A DNA stretch of 34,957 nucleotides. It comes from Methyloceanibacter sp. GTDB lineage: Bacteria > Pseudomonadota > Alphaproteobacteria > Rhizobiales > Methyloligellaceae. The stretch is taken from the NCBI GenBank assembly GCA_035260285.1, contig DATFVP010000050.1:1-34957 (forward strand). Direction: 5' to 3'. The position numbers and the translations under genes were made by a program. The notes under the pieces were generated by a model. That model did no database searches, was not told the DNA's origin, and saw nothing but the letters and a program-made list of their open reading frames with translations. Below, piece by piece: positions 20,870 to 31,011 of the stretch (positions are counted from its first letter, which is position 1; every line of letters begins with the position of its first letter).

Positions 20870-21934
20870 CTAGTCGCCACTATCCTTATCATCAAACTTC
20901 AAATCCTTGCGCTCGGCGAGATGGCGCAAAATAGTAAGCTCGCGAAACCACAAGCGCGTCGGTTTGGCAGGGGTTCCCCCCCACCTTGCACCCGGCGGCA
21001 CGTCGCCTCGCACATTGCTGCTGCCGGCGATTTGAGCGCCGGCGCCGATCTTGACGTGGCCAACGACGCCGACCTGGCCGCCAAGGGCCACAAAATCTCC
21101 AAGCTCGGCGCTACCGGAAATACCGGTTTGTGCCACGATGATGCAATGCCTGCCAACAACCACGTTGTGGCCAATTTGCACGAGATTATCAATTTTCGTG
21201 CCTTCGCCAATGACCGTGTCCCTTAACGCGCCCCGGTCGATGGTGGTATTTGCGCCAATTTCCACGTCGTCTTGGATGATAACGCGCCCAATCTGGGGCA
21301 CTTTTTGATGCCCGGCGCGGCCCATAGCAAAGCCGAAGCCGTCCTGGCCGATCGAGGCACCGGCATGGATGGTCACCCGATTGCCGATGAGCGCATGGGT
21401 CAGCGTGGCATGAGGGCCGATATAGCAATCGCGGCCGACATAGACTCGGTAGCCGATGACGCTGCCGGCGGCAATGGTGGTGCCACGCCCGATCGATGCT
21501 TCAGCTCCGATCACCGCGCCCGGCTCGACCGTGACGCCCTCTTCCAGCCGCGCACTCCGATGGACGCCCCCCACGGCGCCAAGCGCACCGTCCTGCGCCG
21601 CCTTGGGCTTCAGCGCGTCGGGATAGAACAAGGCGAGCGCCTTGGCAAAGCCGCGATAGGGCTCAGGCGTCACAAGCGCGGTGGTGCCGGTCGGCGCTTT
21701 GCCAGCGAATTTGGGAGCGACGAGGCAGGCCGTAGCGCCAGTATGGGTGAAGAGCGGCAGATATTTCGGGTTGTCGAGGAACGAGAGATCCCCCCTCCCC
21801 GCAGCATCCAGCGGACGCACGTCCTTGATTTTCGTCTCGAGGTCGCCCTCGCCGGCTGGGGCGGCTCCCACAGCCTCGGCCATGGCGCGCAGGGAAAAGG
21901 GGCCAGCACGCTCGAAAAAGCCCGGATGTTCCAT
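20870..21934 (-). CDS. lpxD: UDP-3-O-(3-hydroxyacyl)glucosamine N-acyltransferase
   Basis: [30 protein letters not shown]. Confidence 0.98.
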   Translation of the reverse strand: MEHPGFFERAGPFSLRAMAEAVGAAPAGEGDLETKIKDVRPLDAAGRGDLSFLDNPKYLPLFTHTGATACLVAPKFAGKAPTGTTALVTPEPYRGFAKALALFYPDALKPKAAQDGALGAVGGVHRSARLEEGVTVEPGAVIGAEASIGRGTTIAAGSVIGYRVYVGRDCYIGPHATLTHALIGNRVTIHAGASIGQDGFGFAMGRAGHQKVPQIGRVIIQDDVEIGANTTIDRGALRDTVIGEGTKIDNLVQIGHNVVVGRHCIIVAQTGISGSAELGDFVALGGQVGVVGHVKIGAGAQIAGSSNVRGDVPPGARWGGTPAKPTRLWFRELTILRHLAERKDLKFDDKDSGD

Positions 21935-21999
21935 CGAATTCTCACCGAAGGGGATCTGGCATCAGCTAATGACGCCAAGCGGCGGCCAGAAACAAGCCC

Positions 22000-24378
22000 C
22001 TAGAAGGCGGTCGAAGCGCCAAAGCGGAACAGCTCGGTCCGGTCAAAGGAGGCCTTGAGCAAGGCTTGCGCGAGATCGGCGCGAAGCGGTCCGAGCGGAG
22101 ATTGCCAAATGATGCTGACGCCGGTCGACAGGCGAACGTCGGGACCGTCGTTGATGAAGCTCCCTTCCGTGGCCACGGCAGACTCGGCAAGTCCGCTCGG
22201 CATCCACAGCGACCCGGCATCGACGAAGACCGCGCCTTGCATGCCAAGATTGTCGGGAATGAAGGGAAGTGGGAAGCGTGCCTCGGCGGTCGTCGCCCAG
22301 AAGGCCTGGCCGCCTAGAGGATCTTTCGAGCAGTTCTTGACGCCTTTTCCAGTGAAGGGATTTTGGCAGGCGTCGCGCGGGCCGATACCCGCCCGTTCAA
22401 AGCCTCTGATGGTCTCGCCGCCCTTGAAGAAGAGGTCTGTCATGCGGACGTCCTCGCCGCCCCAGCCTTCGATAAAGCCTCCCTGGACGCGGCCGACCAG
22501 GGTGATCTTGGGCGTGAGCGGGTAGTAGCCGCGGGTATCGACCACCGACCTGAAATAGTTCACGTCTCCGCCGACGCCGGCGAAATCCTCGGAGAACGAT
22601 GAGAAGATGCCGCTGGTCGGCGACTGCGGCAGATTGCGGGTGTCGTAGGCAACCGTAAAACCGACGCTCGACACATTGGAGACGCCCTCGGCTTCCTTGA
22701 CCGCGAGGGAGGCGTTGTTGGCGACGTCAAAGATTTCCTCGCGCTCAAACCGGTAGCGCAGGCCAAGCTGCGTATTGAAGGCGATGGGGAATCCCATTCT
22801 GAGATTGCCGCCGGTGTCCCGTTCCCGGTAGGACGCAACGTTGGTGAAGTCGACCTCCTTGTGGAACAGGTCGAAGCCAGCCGCGAGATTGCGGTCAAGG
22901 AAATGCGGCTCGGTGAAGCTGAAGTCGACCTGGGCACGCTCAAGGCTTCCGGAGAAGCCGAGCCTGACATACTGGCCCTTGCCCATCAGATTGCGCTCGG
23001 TGATGCTGATGTCGCCAATCACGCCTTCGCTCGTGGAGTAGCCGGCGCCGAAGGAGAGCTCGCCGGTCGGCTGCTCCTGCACCGTGACGTTGAGCACGAC
23101 ACGGTCCGGAGCGCTGCCTGGCTCGGTGTCGATATCGACAGTCTTGAAGAAGCCGAGCGAGCGTAAGCGCCGCCGGGCAGCCTCGACCAGCAGCCGGTTG
23201 AAGGCATCGCCCTCGGCGAGGCTGAACTCGCGGCGAATCACGTCGTCGTGGGTGCGGAAATTGCCGACGATGTTGATGCGCTCGATATAGACGTGCGGAC
23301 CTTCCTCTATGACATAGGTGATGTTGATGCGCCGATTGACTTCGTCGCGGTCGAAGCGAGGCTTGACCTGAGCGAAGGCATAGCCCTGTTGCGAGGAGGC
23401 GATGGTCAGGGCCTCCGCCGTCTTCTCGATCCTTTGGACGTTATAGACGCGGCCGGTCCGGGTGATGATGGAGCCGCGCAACGCGTGCACGTCGAGCGAA
23501 GGCAGCGTGGTCTCGATGTCGATGTCCCCGAACCGGTATTTCGGGCCTTCGTCAAGGGTGAAGGTGATAAAAAAGCCCCGCCCGTCGCGGTCAAGGTCCG
23601 CGGTGGCCGAGAGGACGCGAACGTCGGCAAAGCCGTTCTTGAGGTAGAACTGCCTCAGTAACTCACGATCGAGATTGAGCCGGTCGGGATCGTAAATGTT
23701 CGTGTTCTTCAAGAAGCTCAGCAGCGTGGTCTGCGTGGTGCTGATCACGTAGCGAAGCTGAGAATCGCTGAAAGCGGTGTTGCCGATGAAGTTGATGGCG
23801 CGGACCTTGGTGGTCGGTCCCTCATTGATCTCGAACACGACGTCGATGCGGTTGTTTTCGAGCTTGATGATTTTGGGATCGACTTGAGCCGCATAAAGGC
23901 CCTGCCGGCGATAGACATCGAGAATGCGTTGTACGTCGGCCTGCACTCGGGCTCGGGTATAGACGGTGCGGGGCTTGAGCTGAACCTCGGCGGTCAGCGC
24001 GTCGTCCTCGACCTCCTTGTTGCCTTCGAAGGCCACCCTGGAAACGATTGGGTTCTCAACCACGACAATAACCACCGTGCTGCCTTCGCGCCGGATGCGA
24101 ACGTCCTGGAACAAGCCCGTGGCAAATAGAGCCTTTAGCGATTCGTCGACCTTGGCGAGGTCATAGGGATCGCCGACATTGAAGGTGAGGTACGTGCGGA
24201 CGGTTTCGGGCTCGACGCGCTTATTGCCTTCGACACGGATGGCGCCGACGGCTGGTCCCGCCTGGGCGTAGGCGGAAAGCTCGCCCAGGCTCGCGCCCAT
24301 GCCGATCGACAGCACAACCGCACCTGCTGCGAGCAGGGCCGCAGACAGCCCTCTAGCCAACCACGACCGCACCATCAC
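22000..24378 (-). CDS. bamA: Outer membrane protein assembly factor BamA
   Basis: Signal peptide, POTRA repeats (GNKRV, GFFKTV), ERNLMGKGQ, IRGF, WQSPLGP, C-terminal Phe. Confidence 0.98.
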   Translation of the reverse strand: MMVRSWLARGLSAALLAAGAVVLSIGMGASLGELSAYAQAGPAVGAIRVEGNKRVEPETVRTYLTFNVGDPYDLAKVDESLKALFATGLFQDVRIRREGSTVVIVVVENPIVSRVAFEGNKEVEDDALTAEVQLKPRTVYTRARVQADVQRILDVYRRQGLYAAQVDPKIIKLENNRIDVVFEINEGPTTKVRAINFIGNTAFSDSQLRYVISTTQTTLLSFLKNTNIYDPDRLNLDRELLRQFYLKNGFADVRVLSATADLDRDGRGFFITFTLDEGPKYRFGDIDIETTLPSLDVHALRGSIITRTGRVYNVQRIEKTAEALTIASSQQGYAFAQVKPRFDRDEVNRRINITYVIEEGPHVYIERINIVGNFRTHDDVIRREFSLAEGDAFNRLLVEAARRRLRSLGFFKTVDIDTEPGSAPDRVVLNVTVQEQPTGELSFGAGYSTSEGVIGDISITERNLMGKGQYVRLGFSGSLERAQVDFSFTEPHFLDRNLAAGFDLFHKEVDFTNVASYRERDTGGNLRMGFPIAFNTQLGLRYRFEREEIFDVANNASLAVKEAEGVSNVSSVGFTVAYDTRNLPQSPTSGIFSSFSEDFAGVGGDVNYFRSVVDTRGYYPLTPKITLVGRVQGGFIEGWGGEDVRMTDLFFKGGETIRGFERAGIGPRDACQNPFTGKGVKNCSKDPLGGQAFWATTAEARFPLPFIPDNLGMQGAVFVDAGSLWMPSGLAESAVATEGSFINDGPDVRLSTGVSIIWQSPLGPLRADLAQALLKASFDRTELFRFGASTAF

Positions 24379-24528
24379 TGGTGTCGTCCCCTCAACACCG
24401 ATCCCCCGTGGACGCAGAGCCCAGGATCGAAAAGTGGCCAGTTTTTGTGGCCGATTTTGGTCCGAAACCCCCGCCGGGGGCGTTGGGAAAACTACGCGTT
24501 TTCGTTGTGAACTGATTGACGCCGCAGC

Positions 24529-25671
24529 TTAGAGAAACTTCAAGTGAATCAAGTCGTTCCAGGTCGCGAAGATCATTAGCATAAGGACGAAGGCAAGGCC
24601 AATGCGGAAACCGATTTCCTGCGTGTTTTCGCTCAAAGGTTTGCCGCGGATCGCCTCGATTCCGTAAAACAGCAAGTGACCGCCATCAAGCATGGGAATC
24701 GGGAAGAGATTGATCAGCCCGATGCTAACCGAAATGATGGCGGCGAGATTGAGCAGGGCAAAGAATCCTGCCGTGGCAACTTGTCCGGAAACTTGTGCGA
24801 TTCGGATGGGGCCGCCAAGCTGATCGGCGGCTTCGCGGCCCGTGATAACGTCATAGAGATAGCCGAGCGAGCGGGAGATCACGAAGTAGCATTCCTTGAC
24901 CGCCATGACGAAGGCGGTCAGCGGATCGTGCCGTTTCAAGGTCCAGTCGTCCGGCGAGGTGCTGCGCTGAATGCCCAACAGACCGATGCGCATGGTGTTG
25001 CCGAAATTGTCGGTGATCTCTTTAAGCTCGGGCGTGGCGGTCAGCTCTACAGGCTTGCCCTCGCGCTCGACCTCGAAATGAAGCTGCTGGTTGGGACTCA
25101 TGCCGACGATGCGCTGCATCTGGGCGAAGTTCTCGATCGTCGTACCGTCTATCTTGACCACGAGGTCGCCGGGCTTGAAGCCCGCGCGCTCAGCGGCGCT
25201 GCCGGGAGTAACGATGTCGACCTTGGCCGCGGTGCTCCGCTCGCCGAAGAAGGTGAAGATCGCCGTGAAGATAACGATGGCGAGCACGAAATTGGCGATC
25301 GGCCCGGCGGCGACGATGGCGGCGCGGGCGCCAAGCGACTTGCCCTGGAAACTGTTCTTGCGCTCCTCCTCGCTCAGCGCTTCGAGAGGCCTCTGGCCTG
25401 CGCTCATTGCATTCTCGTCGTCGATGAATTTCACATAGCCGCCGAGCGGGATCCAGGAGAGCCGCCAGCGCGTCCCGTGCCTGTCGTTGAAGCCGACGAT
25501 CTCAGGCCCGAAACCGATCGAAAATGTCTTGACCGCCACTCCGCACCAGCGGGCCACCAGAAAATGGCCGAGCTCGTGGAAGAACACCACGATGGTGAGC
25601 ACGAACAGGAAAGGGAGCAGATAGGACAGCACCGTGTCGCCGAAGCCTGAAAGCTTAAGTATCGTTTCCAT
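24529..25671 (-). CDS. rseP: RIP metalloprotease RseP
   Basis: HELGH, PLGGYV, AGPIAN, single PDZ, NLFPIPMLDGG. Confidence 0.97.
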   Translation of the reverse strand: METILKLSGFGDTVLSYLLPFLFVLTIVVFFHELGHFLVARWCGVAVKTFSIGFGPEIVGFNDRHGTRWRLSWIPLGGYVKFIDDENAMSAGQRPLEALSEEERKNSFQGKSLGARAAIVAAGPIANFVLAIVIFTAIFTFFGERSTAAKVDIVTPGSAAERAGFKPGDLVVKIDGTTIENFAQMQRIVGMSPNQQLHFEVEREGKPVELTATPELKEITDNFGNTMRIGLLGIQRSTSPDDWTLKRHDPLTAFVMAVKECYFVISRSLGYLYDVITGREAADQLGGPIRIAQVSGQVATAGFFALLNLAAIISVSIGLINLFPIPMLDGGHLLFYGIEAIRGKPLSENTQEIGFRIGLAFVLMLMIFATWNDLIHLKFL

Positions 25672-25697
25672 AGGGTATCCCGGATGCCGAGGGCTTC

Positions 25698-26936
25698 CTA
25701 GCGCGTCTGAGCCGATTGTGCAAATCGGCGAAGTTGCGAGAGTGCGATGGCCCGTGCCTCGGCATCGACGGCGAGGACCTCATCGACGCTATCGGGCGAC
25801 GTTGCGGAAATGTGAGCGAAGCGGCCGAGCGTGGCCTCAACCAGGGCCGCTATCCCCAAGAAGCCGATGCGGCCGTCGAGAAATGCTTGTACCGCGATCT
25901 CGTTGGCGGCGTTCAGCACCGTGCTCGAGCCGCCTCCAGCGGCGAGCACTTGGCGTGCAAGGCGCAAGGCCGGGAAGCGGTGCTCGTCAGGCGCCTCGAA
26001 GGACAGTGCGCCGAGACTGGCAAGATCGAGCCGCGCGGTCGGCGCCTGCATGCGGTTGGGCCAGGCAAGGCTGTAAGCGATGGGCGTGCGCATGTCGGGG
26101 CAGCTCATCTGCGCCAGCACCGAACCGTCGCGATAGTGGACGAGACAGTGCACAATGGATTGCGGGTGGATCAGGACGGAAAGCCGCTCTGCCGGCACCG
26201 AGAACAGATGATGCGCTTCGATCAGTTCGAGCGCCTTGTTCATCAGCGTCGCCGAATCGATGGTGACCTTCGGGCCCATCGACCAGTTGGGATGGGCAAG
26301 CGCCTGCTTCGAGGTCACCTCTTGCATGTCGGCGAGGCTCCACGACCGGAATGGTCCGCCAGACGCAGTGAGACAGATGCGCTCGATACTTTCGGGCGCG
26401 CCGCCGACCATGACCTGCATGGCCGCTGAATGCTCCGAATCGACCGGCAGCAGCGCCGTCCCATGACGGGCGACCTCGCGCATGAAGATGGGTCCGGCCG
26501 AGACGAGACATTCCTTGTTGGCGAGCGCAGTGCAGGTGCCTTGGCGCACTGCCGCAAGCGTCGGCTTGAGGCCTGCGACACCGACGATCGCCGCCATCAC
26601 CCAATCGGCCGAACGGCTTGCCGCTTCGACCAGCGCGTCGGAGCCGGCAGCGACCTCGATGCCAGTGCCGCTGAGCCGAGCGGAAAGCTCGGCGTAGCGG
26701 GCCTCGTCGGCAACGACGGCAAGCTCGGCCCGATGCTTTACGGCAAGCTCGGCGAGGCGCGCGGCGTTGCGGCCTGCGGTCAACGCCACCACGGTAAAGG
26801 ACGCTGAGTCGCGGCCAATGAGATCGAGCGTGTTCTCGCCGATCGATCCGGTGGCCCCGAGCACCGAGATGCGTCGGGGGCGTGCCCCGAGCGAAGTCAG
26901 CCTGACGGATTGCGATTGAACGGCTAGCACGGTCAT
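25698..26936 (-). CDS. dxr: 1-deoxy-D-xylulose 5-phosphate reductoisomerase
   Basis: LGATGSIG, LANKE, PVDSEHSA, LTASGGPF, HPNWSMG, LNAANE. ATG 26936 chosen as start. Confidence 0.98.
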   Translation of the reverse strand: MTVLAVQSQSVRLTSLGARPRRISVLGATGSIGENTLDLIGRDSASFTVVALTAGRNAARLAELAVKHRAELAVVADEARYAELSARLSGTGIEVAAGSDALVEAASRSADWVMAAIVGVAGLKPTLAAVRQGTCTALANKECLVSAGPIFMREVARHGTALLPVDSEHSAAMQVMVGGAPESIERICLTASGGPFRSWSLADMQEVTSKQALAHPNWSMGPKVTIDSATLMNKALELIEAHHLFSVPAERLSVLIHPQSIVHCLVHYRDGSVLAQMSCPDMRTPIAYSLAWPNRMQAPTARLDLASLGALSFEAPDEHRFPALRLARQVLAAGGGSSTVLNAANEIAVQAFLDGRIGFLGIAALVEATLGRFAHISATSPDSVDEVLAVDAEARAIALSQLRRFAQSAQTR

Positions 26937-26946
26937 ACGCAACGCC

Positions 26947-27807
26947 TCACCAGATCAGCAGGCCACGGCCGGGATTAGCCGGATCGCGAAGTGCGATCAA
27001 TGCCGCCGCGATTGCGGCGATGAGAAGGCCATCGATACGGTCGAGCAACCCACCATGGCCGGGGATGAGATTGCTCATGTCCTTGGCGCCGAACCGACGC
27101 TTCGCCGCGCTCTCGCTCAGATCGCCGATCTGACACGAAGCGGCGATGACCACGCTGACCAGAGCCAGGCGCCAGCCCGAGGTCTCCCCCAAAAACAGGG
27201 CAAAAGCAAATCCAATCAGCGCCGGCGCAAAGGTTCCAACCAGGAGCCCGCTCCAGGTCTTTTGCGGCGAGATTTTCGGGGCCAGTTTGGGGCCGCCGAT
27301 CAGCCGGCCACCGGCATAAGAGGCAGTGTCGGTGGTCCAGGCTACTGCCAGCAGATAAAGCAGCGCGGTGGCGCCCAGGGCCTGATCGCTTCTCAGCCAC
27401 ACCATGGACCAGGCCGGAAGCACCGAATAGGCGATGCCGAGCAGCGACCAGCCGAGCGTGGGGGACGAGGCGGCGGCAAGTCCGGTCCCAGTGAGAGCAA
27501 GTGCCGTCGCAATGAGAGCAAGACCGGGCCTGAACACGGCCACCGTCACGGCGACGGCTGCGACAGCTGCGCATTGCATCATGGCGATGGCATCGAAGCC
27601 GGACTTGCGCACCAGCCGTCCCCATTCCCAGGAGACGATGACGCCTGAGGCGATGGCCAGAGCCACGAAGGTCCAGATGCTTGCCACCACGGAGCCGAGC
27701 GCCAGCACCGCCATCACCACGGCGGATATAAGCCGCGTTGTCATCTCCGATTTTTTAGGTTGAGCGCGGGGCTCGGCGCCGCTCGGCGTCACATCGAGCG
27801 GCGTCAC
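26947..27807 (-). CDS. cdsA: Phosphatidate cytidylyltransferase
   Basis: DTASYAGG, ISPQKTWSG, GDLSESAAKR, IPGHGGLLDRID. GTG 27807 overlaps the uppS stop (GTGA); alternative ATG at 27744. Confidence 0.96.
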   Translation of the reverse strand: MTPLDVTPSGAEPRAQPKKSEMTTRLISAVVMAVLALGSVVASIWTFVALAIASGVIVSWEWGRLVRKSGFDAIAMMQCAAVAAVAVTVAVFRPGLALIATALALTGTGLAAASSPTLGWSLLGIAYSVLPAWSMVWLRSDQALGATALLYLLAVAWTTDTASYAGGRLIGGPKLAPKISPQKTWSGLLVGTFAPALIGFAFALFLGETSGWRLALVSVVIAASCQIGDLSESAAKRRFGAKDMSNLIPGHGGLLDRIDGLLIAAIAAALIALRDPANPGRGLLIW

Positions 27808-28562
27808 GCGGTGGATCTCGCCTTGAGGCCGCCGAAGCGGCGCGTGCGCCGCTGATACTCGGCAATCGCGGCATCGAGAGTCTCGCGCGAGAAGTCGGGC
27901 CAATAGGTATCGACGAAGACGAACTCGCTATAGGCAAGCTGCCACAGCAGGAAATTGCTCAAGCGAAGCTCGCCGCTCGTGCGGATTAGCAAGTCTGGAT
28001 CGGGCAAATCGGCGGTGTCGAGATAGGAGCCGAACCGCTCAGGCGTGATAGCGGACGCCTCGAGAGTGCCTTCGGACACAGCCTCGGCGACGCGCGCGGC
28101 GGCGCGGGCGATCTCGTCCCGGGAGCCATAGTTGAAGGCGATGGTGAGATTAAGCGCCGAATTGTCCTTGGTGAGGAGAACGGCGTCGTCGATCAGCCGC
28201 AAAATGTCATCATCGAGACCAACACGGGTGCCGATCACTCTGATCTTCACGCCGTTCTTATGCAGGTCGGCGAGATCGCGCCTGACAAAGCGCCGCATGA
28301 GGCCGAACAGATCGTGGATCTCCTGCCGTGGCCGCGACCAATTCTCCGACGAGAAGCTGAACAGCGTGAGATGGGTGACGCCGAGCTCGAGCGCAGCCTT
28401 GACCGTGCTCCGCACGCTATCCACCCCCTGGCGATGACCCTCGGCGCGCGGCAAGCCCCGCTCGGCTGCCCAACGGCCATTGCCATCCATAATAATGGCG
28501 ATGTGCCGAGGTACCGGCACCTCGGTTTCAGACCAAGCAAGCTCTTCTACTGCAAGCGTCAC
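27804..28562 (-). CDS. uppS: Isoprenyl transferase (undecaprenyl diphosphate synthase)
   Basis: HIAIIMDGNGRWA, FSSENWSRP, NYGSR, DLLIRTSGELRLSNFLLWQ. Confidence 0.98.
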   Translation of the reverse strand: MTLAVEELAWSETEVPVPRHIAIIMDGNGRWAAERGLPRAEGHRQGVDSVRSTVKAALELGVTHLTLFSFSSENWSRPRQEIHDLFGLMRRFVRRDLADLHKNGVKIRVIGTRVGLDDDILRLIDDAVLLTKDNSALNLTIAFNYGSRDEIARAAARVAEAVSEGTLEASAITPERFGSYLDTADLPDPDLLIRTSGELRLSNFLLWQLAYSEFVFVDTYWPDFSRETLDAAIAEYQRRTRRFGGLKARSTA

Positions 28563-28619
28563 GTCTTTGGTGCTCCAATAAGGGTGACAGGCATTGTGCT
28601 CTTGGCGCCGTCTCGCCGG

Positions 28620-29177
28620 CTAGACCTGCATAATCTCAGCTTCCTTGCTCGCGAGCGTCTCGTCGATTTCCTTGATGATTTTGTCGGTCAGTTCCTGCAC
28701 CTTGGCGGACAGCGAGTGATGCTCGTCCTTGCCGATGTCGCCGTCCTTCTCCATGCGCTTTAAGTGCTCCATACCGTCGCGCCGAACGTTGCGAACCGCG
28801 ACGCGCGCCTGCTCGGTGTATTTGTGCGCGACCTTCGCGATCTCGTGGCGCCGCTCCTCGTTCAGCTCGGGGATCGGCAGGCGAAGCAGCTGTCCTTCGG
28901 CCACGGGGTTCAGCCCGAGATCGGATTCACGGATGGCGCGCTCCACGGCGCCGACCTGTGACCGATCCCACACCTGCACAGTGATCAACCGCGATTCCGG
29001 CACGTTAATGGTGGCGAGCTGATTGAGCGGCATTTGGCTGCCATAGGCATTTACCATGATCGGGTCGAGCAGACTCATGTTGGCGCGGCCCGTGCGCAAG
29101 CCGACGAACTCCTGCTTTAGCACGGTGAGCGCGCCACGCATCCGCCGCTCGATCTCCTTAAGGTCGAAGCCAGCCAT
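28620..29177 (-). CDS. frr: Ribosome recycling factor
   Basis: [28 protein letters not shown]. Confidence 0.99.
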   Translation of the reverse strand: MAGFDLKEIERRMRGALTVLKQEFVGLRTGRANMSLLDPIMVNAYGSQMPLNQLATINVPESRLITVQVWDRSQVGAVERAIRESDLGLNPVAEGQLLRLPIPELNEERRHEIAKVAHKYTEQARVAVRNVRRDGMEHLKRMEKDGDIGKDEHHSLSAKVQELTDKIIKEIDETLASKEAEIMQV

Positions 29178-29267
29178 GTCGCCTTTCCTCCTCGCGCGGT
29201 TGAAAATCCGCGCTTGGGTCAGCTTGTCGTCCCTCCCATCCGCCCGAAGTCTCCGGGTTGCGGTGGG

Positions 29268-29999
29268 CTAGGATATCGTGGTCGAGGACCCCTTCCCTTG
29301 CAAGACGGCAGCCAAACCGCCTTTTTCCTTGATGGAGAACACAATTATCGGAATCCGATTGTCGCGGGCAAGGGCGATTGCGGCACCGTCCATGATCCGC
29401 AGGTCCTGGCGCAGCACGTCGCCGTAGCTTAGAGCATCGTAGCGGCGCGCTTTGGGGTTCTTGGCCGGGTCGCAGTCGTAGACCCCGTCGACTTGGGTGG
29501 CCTTGAAGATAGCATCACAGCCCATTTCTGCCGCTCGCAGCGCCGCCGTGGTGTCGGTGGTGAAAAACGGGTTGCCGGTGCCGCCGACGAAAACCAGCAA
29601 ATGCCCGTCGTCCAAGTGCGCAAGCGCCCGGGCTCTGATGAAGGGCTCGGCGATGCTCAGCATGGGAATGGCCGACATCACCCGCGCCGAACGGCCGTTG
29701 GCTTCGAGCGCCTGGCCGAGAGCGAGGCCGTTCAACACCGTGGCGAGCATGCCCATGTAATCGCCGCTCACCCGATCCATGCCGTCGGTGGCGGCGGCGA
29801 GGCCTCGATAGATGTTGCCGCCGCCGACCACAAGGCAGAGCTGGAGGCCAAGATCGGCGGCCTCGCAGATATCGGCGGCGACCTGGTTCAGCACCTCGAC
29901 GTCAATGCCGTAGCCGTTCTTTCCCATAAGGGCCTCGCCAGAAAGCTTGACGAGGACCCGGTGGTAGCGGAGCGATCGACCCATGCGTGGTTGTGCCAT
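29268..29999 (-). CDS. pyrH: UMP kinase
   Basis: VKLSGEALMG, VVGGGNI, DYMGMLAT, GTGNPFFTTD. ATG 29999 chosen; the longer ORF-track version overlaps tsf. Confidence 0.98.
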   Translation of the reverse strand: MAQPRMGRSLRYHRVLVKLSGEALMGKNGYGIDVEVLNQVAADICEAADLGLQLCLVVGGGNIYRGLAAATDGMDRVSGDYMGMLATVLNGLALGQALEANGRSARVMSAIPMLSIAEPFIRARALAHLDDGHLLVFVGGTGNPFFTTDTTAALRAAEMGCDAIFKATQVDGVYDCDPAKNPKARRYDALSYGDVLRQDLRIMDGAAIALARDNRIPIIVFSIKEKGGLAAVLQGKGSSTTIS

Positions 30000-30024
30000 C
30001 AGCCGACCCCCCGGGCCTTGTCCT

Positions 30025-30954
30025 CTAGGATCCAGACGCTGCCGCGGCAACCTCCGCGGCGAAATCACTATCAGGCCGGTCGATGCCTTCGCCAAGCGCG
30101 TAGCGGTGAAAGCCGGCGATCTTGATCGGCGCGCCGGCGCTCTGCTCTGTCGCGGCAAGCGCCTTAGCGACGGTCGTCTCTGGATCGTGGACGAAGGCCT
30201 GCGACAGGAGAACGACTTCCTCGTAGAATTTGCGCAAGCGGCCTTCGACCATCTTCTCGATGACCGCCGCCGGCTTGCCGGACTCTTTTGCCTGCTCGGT
30301 GAGCACCGCCCGCTCGCGCTCGACGAAAGCCGGATCGAGGCCAGCCACGTCCACGCTTTGCGGATTGGCGGCGGCAATATGCATCGCCACCTGCTTGCCG
30401 AAGCCTTTGAGTTTTTCGGCGTCGCCGGTGGATTCGAGCGCGACGATGACACCGATCTTGCCAAGGCCGGGCGAAATGGTGTTGTGCATGTAGCTCGCCA
30501 CCGCGCCGGTCTTCACGCCAAGATAGGCGGCGCGACGGAGTGTCATGTTCTCCCCTATCGAGCCGATCGTCTCTTTCAGGTGATCGGTCACTGTGATTTT
30601 GCCGCCGCCATACTTGCCCTTGGCGAGTTTATCGAGGTCGCCCTTGGCCTTGAGCGCGTCGGCAGCGATAGTGCGCACCATCTCCTGGAACTTGTCGTTG
30701 CGGGCGACGAAATCGGTCTCGGAGTTGACCTCGACCAGCGCAGCTTCGTTGTCCTTGGCGACAAGGCCGATCAGGCCCTCGGCTGCCACGCGGCCTGCCT
30801 TCTTGGCGGCCTTGGCAAGACCTTTGGTGCGGAGCCAATCGACCGCAGCCTCCATGTCGCCCGCGGTCTCGTTGAGCGCGGCCTTGCAATCCATCATGCC
30901 CGCGCCGGTCTTCTCGCGCAGGTCCTTCACCATCGTCGCACTGATCGCCGTCAT
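30025..30954 (-). CDS. tsf: Elongation factor Ts
   Basis: [35 protein letters not shown]. Confidence 0.99.
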   Translation of the reverse strand: MTAISATMVKDLREKTGAGMMDCKAALNETAGDMEAAVDWLRTKGLAKAAKKAGRVAAEGLIGLVAKDNEAALVEVNSETDFVARNDKFQEMVRTIAADALKAKGDLDKLAKGKYGGGKITVTDHLKETIGSIGENMTLRRAAYLGVKTGAVASYMHNTISPGLGKIGVIVALESTGDAEKLKGFGKQVAMHIAAANPQSVDVAGLDPAFVERERAVLTEQAKESGKPAAVIEKMVEGRLRKFYEEVVLLSQAFVHDPETTVAKALAATEQSAGAPIKIAGFHRYALGEGIDRPDSDFAAEVAAAASGS

Positions 30955-30967
30955 GCCATCCTCTTTT

Positions 30968-30993
30968 GGGCCGGAGCCCGGTTAGCCCGGCCC
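30968..30993. terminator. Stem-loop in the rpsB-tsf spacer (possible attenuator or stabiliser)
   Basis: GGGCCGG...CCGGCCC arms; no U-tract on the sense (-) strand, so the function is uncertain. Confidence 0.4.
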
Positions 30994-31011
30994 TAAACTT
31001 TGATCGTCACT

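Noticed and set aside
21935-21999. No skp/ompH between bamA and lpxD
   Set aside because: Common arrangement in Hyphomicrobiales; not novel.
29268-30464. Apparent N-terminal extensions of PyrH (also LpxA from 20592, PyrG from 2948, TpiA from 4721, CdsA from 27903)
   Set aside because: Artefacts of longest-ORF calling; canonical starts exist downstream.
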